Origin: a candidate division WOR-3 bacterium
GTDB taxonomy: Bacteria > Hydrothermota > Hydrothermia > LBFQ01
Assembly (NCBI GenBank): GCA_027050205.1
Contig: JALUCS010000056.1
Location: 1-45,525 of the forward strand
DNA length: 45,525 bases
Reading direction: 5' to 3'
The position numbers and the translations under genes are program-made. Each line of letters opens with the position of its first letter. Positions within the stretch are counted from its first letter, which is position 1. The notes beneath the pieces were generated by a model. That model was not told the DNA's origin. It ran no database searches and saw only the letters and a program-made list of their open reading frames with translations. Below are positions 8,096-16,200 of the stretch, piece after piece.

Positions 8096-10723
8096 CTACC
8101 TCAACACCGCCCTGACCCCCCGCCTTGGGAAGACCTCGTATCCAACCGTTAGACGCAGGGGGACCTGGGAGAAGAGGAGGAGGTCAAGGTTGCCGTTGAT
8201 GATGAGGTGGGGGACGTCCCCCTCGTAGGGTATGGCCACCCCCCGCCCGTAGTGGAGGTACTCCAAGGTGAGGCCCGGATAGGCGCGGGTTACGGCCAGA
8301 TAGGAGAAGAAGGCCCAGGGGGACGGCGGGATGAGGCTGAAGTAGAGGTCGGGGAAGCGGGGGGAGAATACGTCCGGATAGACGGAGAGGGAGACATGGG
8401 CGAAGGTGTCGGAGACCACCGTAAGGGTGGGGTAGTCGTAGAGGGAGACCGGACTGGAGTAGGGTAGGGCGAAGCCCTCAAACCGGAGGTTGAAGAGGAG
8501 CCACTTCCGGAAGGCCAGGACCCCGGAGAGGCCGAAGCCGGGACCTCCGTTGTATGCCACGTACCCCCTTAAAGCGAAGCCGTCCGCCACGACCGTCGCC
8601 GTTGGCTTGTACGCGTAGGCCCTTGATACGCTCCCCTCTATCCCCCCTGCGAAGGAGATCGTATCCGACGCCAGCCTCCCGAAGAGGAAGAGGCCGATAC
8701 TCTCCCTGCCATCTATATGGTTGAAGGGGATGGAGACCGTCGGCCGGAGGGTGAGGTCGTAGTACTTGAGCCTGAACCTCGTATCGTTGGAGACGTAGGC
8801 CCCTATATCAAGGCCGAGGGTGGGGAAGAGGCCGTCGTAGGTGTAGGAGAGGGAAGCATCGTTGTAGAGGAGGGTGTCGGAGTTCCTTATCCGGATACCG
8901 CCGAAGTAGGAGAAAAGGTAGGAGTGCCTGTAGAGGACGTCGCTCCCCGCCGTGAGGAGGCCGGCATACATATCCGTAAAGGAGAGGGTGTCCGTCTCGT
9001 AGGTGAGGGCGAATCCAAGGGGCTGCCAGAACTTGGGGATGAGGTGGGGGATGGGGTTGTAGGGGCGGGATTTGGAGAGGTCAAGGGGTGGGATTTCAAC
9101 TTCCCTGCGGTAGTCTCTGGGGAGGGAGGCGGCCTCGCTCCTTACGGGGACGGTGGCCACGTCTAAGCCCTTACCCCGGAGGGCCAGGACCACGAGGCTG
9201 TCGCCGTGGGGCTGGGGGTAGAGGAGGGAGAGGGAGTTCCGGGCCAGCCTCCTGAACTCCCCGTCCTTGAACAGGTAGGGGGTGAAGTTCTCCGTAAAGA
9301 TGACCCCCTCCTCCCCGACGTAGGATAGGAGGGAAGGCTCCCGCGTTTGGGTTATGAGCCGCACCGAGTCCTCCCCCCAGGGGAGGTAGGCGACGTCCGT
9401 CCAGCCGTGATGGTAGAAGGTGAAGTAGAGGGTGTCCCCGTGGAACTTCAGGTCGGTAAAGCCCTCCCCTTCCTTCCCCCGCAGCAGCACCTTACCGCCG
9501 AGGAGGACTATGCTCTGCCCCGGCCCCTCCCTCCGTACGTACGCTACGCCGTAGGGGGTGGAGACGGGGGAGTGCGCCCTCTCCCCGGAGGTTAGCCTTT
9601 TGACCTCGCCGGTGCCGAGGTTGAGGGAGTAGAGGTCGGAGAAGACGTAGAAGTTCCGCACCACCCGGTACTGGGAGAAGAGGATAACGCTGTCCCCCAT
9701 CCAGGAGAGGGAGCCGACGGTGAGGGCGCGCACCGAGCGGATCACCTTACCGCTCTTTAAGTCCATCACCTTGAGGGAGGGGTACTCGTAGGTGTTGTCC
9801 TCCGTATATGCGAGGTACCTTCCGGAGGGGGAAATGGATAGGGTACCCTTACCGCTTCCGTTGTCCGTCAGGAGCCTGTACCCAACCCTCCGGACCTTGA
9901 GGGCCTCCAGCCTAAGGCTCGTTCTCCACCGGTTGAAGTCCCCCATCTCCCTCAAGAGGTAGGGGCCGGGGATACACCCGCACGAGCAGAAGGTTATGGG
10001 GTCCTCAAAGTAGGAGGAATTGACCACCCTCTTTACCACCTCCCGCTCTCCCTTCCTGCCGGCGAGGAAGTTGAGGTACATCCCACCCCACAGGTACCAC
10101 CTCCCGAAGGGCCACCGGTCCACGTACATACTCATTAAGTCGGGCGTGAGCCTGCCGCCGTCCTTGACGTAGGCGAGCATCTGGTCCGTGAAGTAGCGGT
10201 TGTTGAGCCTCCCGTACCCCCCCTTTGACTCGTAGTAGGTGGCTATCCCCTCTATCTGCCATCCGGGGTCCAGGAGGTTGGGGAAGGCGCACATCGCCGG
10301 GTTCCTCCCGAAGATGAGGCGGGATAGCTCCGGAAGGGGCAGCACGCCCCAGAGGGGATGGGGTTTGTCAAGGTGGAAGGTATGCACCAGCTCGTGGGAC
10401 AGGAGGTCCTCAATCCACCCCTCCATACTCCCGAAGTAAGGTTCCCCCACCGGCGGCTGGAGGTAGAGGGTTACGGTGTTCTCCGGGAAGGGGGTTGAGA
10501 AGCCGTTGGAGAAGTCGTAGGCGTCTATCAGGACGAGGTTGACCTTATCCGGGGACCACCCGAAGGTTCGGCTGTACAGGGAATAGAGGCTCTCGGCCAC
10601 GTAAGCCACCCGCGGAACCCAGCCCTCCGTACCCCTGTGGTAGTGTATCAGGAAGTGGCGGGTCTCGTAGGTGCGGAACTTCAGGTCTGGGGGGAGCTTG
10701 AGCTGGGCGAGGATAAGGAGCAT
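8096..10723 (-). CDS. Outer-membrane/periplasmic protein: zincin-like domain + TolB/PD40 beta-propeller + Omp85-like beta-rich C-terminus
   Basis: ETRHFLIHY, HELVH (HExxH), WQIEGIATYYES; SPSGRYLAY propeller repeats; PYNP linker followed by amphipathic beta strands. Confidence 0.75.
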   Translation of the reverse strand: MLLILAQLKLPPDLKFRTYETRHFLIHYHRGTEGWVPRVAYVAESLYSLYSRTFGWSPDKVNLVLIDAYDFSNGFSTPFPENTVTLYLQPPVGEPYFGSMEGWIEDLLSHELVHTFHLDKPHPLWGVLPLPELSRLIFGRNPAMCAFPNLLDPGWQIEGIATYYESKGGYGRLNNRYFTDQMLAYVKDGGRLTPDLMSMYVDRWPFGRWYLWGGMYLNFLAGRKGEREVVKRVVNSSYFEDPITFCSCGCIPGPYLLREMGDFNRWRTSLRLEALKVRRVGYRLLTDNGSGKGTLSISPSGRYLAYTEDNTYEYPSLKVMDLKSGKVIRSVRALTVGSLSWMGDSVILFSQYRVVRNFYVFSDLYSLNLGTGEVKRLTSGERAHSPVSTPYGVAYVRREGPGQSIVLLGGKVLLRGKEGEGFTDLKFHGDTLYFTFYHHGWTDVAYLPWGEDSVRLITQTREPSLLSYVGEEGVIFTENFTPYLFKDGEFRRLARNSLSLLYPQPHGDSLVVLALRGKGLDVATVPVRSEAASLPRDYRREVEIPPLDLSKSRPYNPIPHLIPKFWQPLGFALTYETDTLSFTDMYAGLLTAGSDVLYRHSYLFSYFGGIRIRNSDTLLYNDASLSYTYDGLFPTLGLDIGAYVSNDTRFRLKYYDLTLRPTVSIPFNHIDGRESIGLFLFGRLASDTISFAGGIEGSVSRAYAYKPTATVVADGFALRGYVAYNGGPGFGLSGVLAFRKWLLFNLRFEGFALPYSSPVSLYDYPTLTVVSDTFAHVSLSVYPDVFSPRFPDLYFSLIPPSPWAFFSYLAVTRAYPGLTLEYLHYGRGVAIPYEGDVPHLIINGNLDLLLFSQVPLRLTVGYEVFPRRGVRAVLR

Positions 10724-10933
10724 AATGGGTATTTTAACGGGGATAGAGGAAAGGTTGGCGGAATTTTCCCCTGCTGCGCATCAAAGACCTAACGGCGTCG
10801 GGGATGTCAAAGCGCACATGGTTATACGTTGCTTCGGAGGTAGTGTGATGCACACTTTCAGGAGACCCGTATTGCACCGAAGGCAATCCGTTCCCGAGGT
10901 TTTCAAAATCCGTCATAGGGGGTACGAGAATCT

Positions 10934-11014
10934 TGAAGTGCGACTTACTATTTCTTAAAGTGTAAGTTTAAATTTTATAAAATATATCTTTCAGTTTTTA
11001 AAAGTGCGTTGTTC
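10934..11014 (+). repeat. Degenerate 22-bp-period array, 4 units
   Basis: TGAAG-tgcga-CTTAC tatttct TAAAG-tgtaa-GTTTA aatttta TAAAA-tatat-CTTTC agttttt AAAAG-tgcgt-TGTTC; unit starts 10934/10956/10978/11000. Confidence 0.7.
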
Positions 11015-11399
11015 GGCTTTAAGCGGTGGACGAAGTATCATTTCCGTCGGCGTAATACCGCCGTTTGAAGCACCCATTCAAAAATGGGAATCGGCAATCC
11101 GAGTCTAGATTTTGGCACCGGTGATGCGGTGAATTTTTATGCCGACGGTTCATCGGAGGTTGAATCATTCTATACGATACTAAATATTTGAAGCAGAATC
11201 TGGCTCGGTACCGTTGAAGATCTTGAAATTGTAGGGTTTAAAAGTTGTAAAAGCCTAATTTAAAATTATGCCCATATTTTTATTGATGTATGAAAAATTG
11301 GAAAAATTCAGTAAATCTTTAAGTTGAGCTATTCATTTGGATATTAAGCCGATGGGGAGGGATTGCTCCGCAGCCCTATCAAACGGGACAGAAGAATTT

Positions 11400-11502
11400 T
11401 AAAGGTGAGCTTTCGGTTTACGAAAGTTGAGCTTTACATTTCTTAAATAGGGATTAGCGATTTCCTAAAGGATAAGTTTCAGATTTTGAAAGTGCATCCG
11501 TC
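11400..11502 (+). repeat. Degenerate 22-bp-period array, 5 units
   Basis: TAAAG-gtgag-CTTTC ggtttac GAAAG-ttgag-CTTTA catttct TAAAT-aggga-TTAGC gatttcc TAAAG-gataa-GTTTC agatttt GAAAG; unit starts 11400/11422/11444/11466/11488. Confidence 0.8.
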
Positions 11503-11529
11503 TCCCGTCAAACGGCGAACGGAACCCCA

Positions 11530-11565
11530 GACAACGGACAGGTATCCCCCTACCGGCTCAATACC
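11530..11565 (-). repeat. Dispersed 36-bp intergenic repeat, copy 1
   Basis: Reverse complement GGTATTGAGCCGGTAGGGGGATACCTGTCCGTTGTC matches 20420-20455 at 31/36. Confidence 0.85.
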
Positions 11566-11605
11566 GGGGGAGCTTCACGTTCCCATCAACCCCATAGCTA
11601 CTCGT

Positions 11606-11634
11606 GCCTGTCAATCCCGCTATCCTTTGAATAC
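11606..11634 (+). repeat. Dispersed 29-bp intergenic repeat, copy 1
   Basis: GCCTGTCAATCCCGCTATCCTTTGAATAC matches 28951-28979 at 27/29. Confidence 0.9.
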
Positions 11635-11800
11635 TCCTTTATGTCCCCGCTCCCCGATACCGTTCCGCTACGGGGCCGTTCCTTGTCCCTTCGCTCACCA
11701 AGTGTCAGATTTTTGTAGTAATTCTGATGTGTAAAATTTGTTCTGGTTGTGTGCAAAATGTATCATGTTTATAACTCATCGCCGTTATAATTTTCTTTCT

Positions 11801-13240
11801 ATGCTGTGGATCCTGATATCGCAGGACCTGTACGGCGTATGGAACGAGGCGTGGCCGATGTTTCGGCACGATTACAAGCGTACGGGGCATTACAAGGCGT
11901 GGAAGGCCTCGTGTTCCTCTATGTCCCACCTCTACGACGTCGTCCACGGTACTATGGACGAAAGTGTGATAAGCAGGGACGCCAACGGGGATGGGTATAC
12001 GGACGTGATAGGGACCCAGGCCGAAGCGTACGGCGTTAAGGTGATACACGGATGGAACGGTACCACCATCTGGCAGTCCGGATCGGACAGGTACTCCTAC
12101 CCTCCCATACCCGCAGCCGCCTCCGATACGAGGGTCTTCGCCGTAGGATACAACTACTTCCAGGTTTTCAACCTCTCCACCGGTTCAACTATCTACAGGT
12201 ACTCAAAAGGTGGCTCTAGGGATCCCGCTCCTGCCGTAGCCGATATAGATAACGACGGCTGTCCGGAGGTATATACGGCCTTCGGCCGTACGGCCGTCGC
12301 CATAAACGGCTGCGCCTCCTCCTACTCTACCTTATGGACCTACTCCCTACCTGCGTCTCCCTACGCCCCTGCCCTTGGGGACGTGGATGGGGACGGAGAC
12401 CTTGAGGTCCTGTATCCCACGAGCAACAGCACTGTTTACGTCTTGGACGCTGCCACTGGCAGTTTCCACAGTTCCTTCTCGTTTGGCTCTCCCTACTCAG
12501 GTATGCCCGATTACACGGTGGCCTTAGATGACCTTGACGGGGACGGGAAGGACGAGGTCGTGACCGTTACCACCTACTACATCAAGGCCCACGATTTCAA
12601 CTACGGTTGGAGTGAAAATTGGTCCGTCTTCATCTACTCCGGTGGCTCTGTCCCTGCCCTTGGGGACAAGGACGGCGACGGCCTACCCGACGTATGGGTC
12701 ATAAGGAACAACAACGTCTACGTCTATAAGGGGACGGATGGTTCCCTCCTCGGTAGCTCCAGCGTCGGCGACCTGAACTCCGACTATCCTCCATCCCTCG
12801 CTGACCTTACCGGCGACCGGATCCCAGACGTTCTGGCTATCAAAGGCTCCCATTATGTCCGGGTCATCAACGGTGCGACCCTCACCCCGGTAATGACGCT
12901 CGGCTCAACTCCTTACGGCATAACCTCCGAGGTGGTCGTCTTGAAGCTCCGGAATACCCTCGGCCTTACGGTCGGGGATCACTCCTGCCACATAAACACT
13001 TGGGGCGGCTGTCTCATCGGTACGGACGACGAGCTATCCGTAGGAGAGAAGGAGGATGCCCAATCCACCCTGAAGTTTGACGGCACGTACGTAGTGGCAA
13101 AGGGGAGGGAGATAGAAATCTACGACCGCTCCGGACACATCCTCCTAAGGGGCTACGGCAAGGTCTCGGTGTCCTCCCTGCCCAAGGGCATATACTTCGC
13201 CCGCTCCGGCGAGAAGGTCATAAGGATTGCAGTCAGGTAG
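11801..13240 (+). CDS. FG-GAP/VCBS repeat beta-propeller protein with T9SS type A-like C-terminal domain
   Basis: WPMFRHD..RTG N-terminal motif; repeated DxDGDGxxEV/DV Ca-binding motifs; tail IYDRSGH..LPKGIYF..KVIRIAVR; start 11801 preferred (TATAAT 9 nt upstream), ATG 11765 also possible. Confidence 0.85.
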   Translation: MLWILISQDLYGVWNEAWPMFRHDYKRTGHYKAWKASCSSMSHLYDVVHGTMDESVISRDANGDGYTDVIGTQAEAYGVKVIHGWNGTTIWQSGSDRYSYPPIPAAASDTRVFAVGYNYFQVFNLSTGSTIYRYSKGGSRDPAPAVADIDNDGCPEVYTAFGRTAVAINGCASSYSTLWTYSLPASPYAPALGDVDGDGDLEVLYPTSNSTVYVLDAATGSFHSSFSFGSPYSGMPDYTVALDDLDGDGKDEVVTVTTYYIKAHDFNYGWSENWSVFIYSGGSVPALGDKDGDGLPDVWVIRNNNVYVYKGTDGSLLGSSSVGDLNSDYPPSLADLTGDRIPDVLAIKGSHYVRVINGATLTPVMTLGSTPYGITSEVVVLKLRNTLGLTVGDHSCHINTWGGCLIGTDDELSVGEKEDAQSTLKFDGTYVVAKGREIEIYDRSGHILLRGYGKVSVSSLPKGIYFARSGEKVIRIAVR

Positions 13241-13254
13241 GACTGCAGGGGAGG

Positions 13255-16200
13255 TTAGAACTTTATCCGTATATCTGCCCTGATCTGGTTCTTGCGGGTG
13301 AAGATGCCTCCTTCGTAGTCGCCGCTTAGGTCGTAGATGTAGCTGAAGGTGGCCTCAACGGCGTTGCTGAACTGGTAGGTGGCGCTTAGGGTCATATTCT
13401 CGCTCTTCCGACGGGATAGGGTGTCTATAGAGTTCGGGAGGCCCTCAAAGAGGTGGTTTATGGAGACGTCCGTACCCGTTGAAACACTGTATTTAAACGA
13501 TAAAGTTAGCTGATTTTTAAGAGAAAGTAGACGACTTTTACTCCAGGGGAACCTTATTCCAGCAAAACTTGTAAAGGTGTGGCTTACGGTCAGGTCCTGG
13601 TTGGTTTGGACGGATCTGGTCTCCAGGTTGGTGGCGGAGTACACCTGGTGGTCTGTCGTGTAGGTGTAGGTGTAGGTGTACCTCAAACTGGTGCCGTTCC
13701 GTAGGGTAGCGTTGGGCGAGAAGCTTAGGGTCCTCGTCCTCCTCTCCGTCTTTGGTTCCACCGTATCCGTCGCCGTAGGTTCCCATAGGGGATAGGTGGT
13801 GGCGCTCCTCTCGTCAGAGTAGCTCACGGTGAAGTCGGAGGAGGCTACGAACTTGAGGTTGGAAACTATCGGGAGGGGCCGCCCGTTGAGGGTGAGGTCG
13901 GGGAACCTCCACGTCTCGGTTAGCATCCTCCTCGTCCTATCGTCGCTTAGGTCCCTCCGGTAGCTGCCGCGGGGGGAGAGGCGGTAGTTCCCCAGATTGA
14001 TGTCCGTTGAGAGGTCGTAGTTGTGGGTCTCCCTCCACATAGACCTCTGGGTGTCCGTTACGATAACCTCTGGGTCTAAGGAGATGCCGAGGCGGTAGGG
14101 TAGGGAGGCCCGGCCGAGGGCGGCGTAGAAGTTGGACGTACGGCTGAAGGAGTAGCCGAACCTAACGCTCCTCCAGACCCGTGAGAGCCTCTCCATCCCG
14201 TACAGGATGGTGTGTAGGGGGCCGGCCTTGGAGAGGGCGGTATCCTTGCTCTTATCCCTCAATCCCCCTATCTTGGAGAGGATGGTCCCGCTCTCCAGGT
14301 TGAGGTTGAAACCTACGCTCAAGTCCTCGTTTAGGTCCCGGACGTCAAACCCGGTTAGGGCGTTCTCCGGTTTCCTACTCTCCGAATAGCCGTGCCTGTA
14401 GTTTATGGAGGGCTGGAGGAACCAGATCGTTCCGAGGTTGAGGGAGGAGGTTAAGTTCTCCCTGAACTGGCTCTCAAAACCGAGGAGGCTATCCAAAGGG
14501 GTCTTGAGGAGTTCCCCGTACCGGTAATCGCCCCGGCGGGAGACGGAGTAGCCGAAGCCCAACATACCGGGGATGGGGTCGTAGTTTATGCTGGCAGATA
14601 GGTTGCCGTTTTTGTCCGTTCGGCGGGTCTTGGCCCCCAACACGTCGGAAAAGGTCGCCGTCCGCCTGTAATCGTAGGAGATGGAGTATGAGGAGGGGAG
14701 GTACCTGTACCTGCGGCCCCCCAACATAAACTCCCCCGTTGGCCTGTAGGAGTACCTGACACCGTAGTTCTCGGATACCGTTGAATCCTTGGACTGTCCC
14801 GGTATGTAGGAGAAGTCGTACCTGCTGCCGTAGTTGAACCGCCAGGGGTCTAAGAACCACTTTCCGATGAGGTTGGTGGAACCGTTTTTGGAGAAGGTGA
14901 AACCGTAGGACGTCGTCTTGCTTACGGAGGTCAGGCGATGCCTCTCCTCCTCCGTAGTGACGGGGACGTCCAGACCGGGGTAGAACTTGGGCAGACGGCT
15001 GGAGAACCCGTAGGAGAAGTTTACGGGGGCGTTCAGACCCCAGGACCTCGGAAAGAGACGGTGGGCGTTAAAGGTGGTATTTACGTTTATGCGGGAGGTC
15101 TGGTATCGGCTTAGGTCGGTGGCGGAGCGGGCGAAGTCTATCTGCTCAAAGTTCCCGCTGACGTTGCTCTGGAAGAGGTCGGAGACGTTGAGGCTCATAG
15201 AGACGTTCCCGGCGTAGGCCGAAGTCTTCACCGGGTCGGTTAGACGCAGCTCGTTGACCCACAGCTCCCCGGATATGCGGCTGGGTGAGTCGTTGGCCAC
15301 CCCTATCCAGAAGAACTCAACCTCAAATATGCTGGGGTTCCCCTTAACCCCGTACCGTCCGTTGCTCCTGTAGTCTGGGGAGTAGTCCTTACCTTTGAAG
15401 AGGACGAGGCTATCTAAGGGTATCTTGACGCTCTGCCACCCTTCCCCCGTTATCCTCTGGCGGAACTCGTAGAAGTTCAGGGAGTCCTTACCGAACCGGA
15501 CGATGAGGGTAGGATGGCTCCCCGTCCTGTCCCAGACCCAGAGGGATACGGAGCGGTAGTTTATGAAGTTGTACTTAGTGTCCATCTTCTTGCGGGCGAG
15601 GACGTAGTCGCCGGGCTTTATCTCGTAGAGGAGCGACATAGACCCCTCGTCCTCAAGGGCCATGGTGTTGCTCTCGTAGTTGAGCTTCTCCTGTACCCCC
15701 GGAGGAGATACGTATCCGGGGGTCGTCTTACGGCTTACGAAGTTGATGGCGAGGTACTGGGTGGTGTCGGCGGTATCCACCTTCGGACCCTCGTTTATCC
15801 AGTTGCTGCCGCCTATTCCGAGGTGCCACAGGAAGAGGGTGTCCGTACGGGTGAAGCCGTACCACGTGAGCCTGTAGTATGCTATACGGTCAAGGGAGGG
15901 GTTGCCGTACACCCTCGTGGGCTTTTTAAGGGGAATGCGGTAGAGCTTCCAACCCTTGTACTCGGCTATGGGGGTGGTGGTGTCCAGGTCTATGACGTAG
16001 GAGTAGAAGTTCTCTTTCATATCCAACTGGAAGTTCCGGTTGAGGTCCTCCGTCTCCATGTGGTGGTTCCCCTCGTACCGGTTGATGGCGAAGGGGTCCG
16101 CCCTTGCGGGGTCGGAGATGGTGTAGTCGTCGTTCCCCCAATCCCCACCGGACGGGTTGCAGGGGCCGTCCTCCCCCCTCTTACCGTCAAGGCCCACGTC

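Noticed and set aside
11001..11010. AAAGTGCG resembling the Pasteurellaceae uptake signal AAGTGCGGT
   Set aside because: The full core does not occur in these arrays; the match is explained as one arm of an array unit
10934..11502. 22-bp arrays read as a CRISPR array
   Set aside because: There are no unique 30-40 nt spacers, the units are too degenerate, and no cas genes are in the window
10724..11800. AT-rich 1.1-kb gap as oriC
   Set aside because: I saw no cluster of TTATCCACA-type DnaA boxes and no dnaA/dnaN/gidA nearby; similar motifs recur in other gaps
13480..13575. AT-rich patch with rare codons inside sprA (similar patch at about 33330-33430)
   Set aside because: It contains AAAGT at 22-bp spacing (13502, 13524) but the dyad arms do not fit; too weak to call an embedded array
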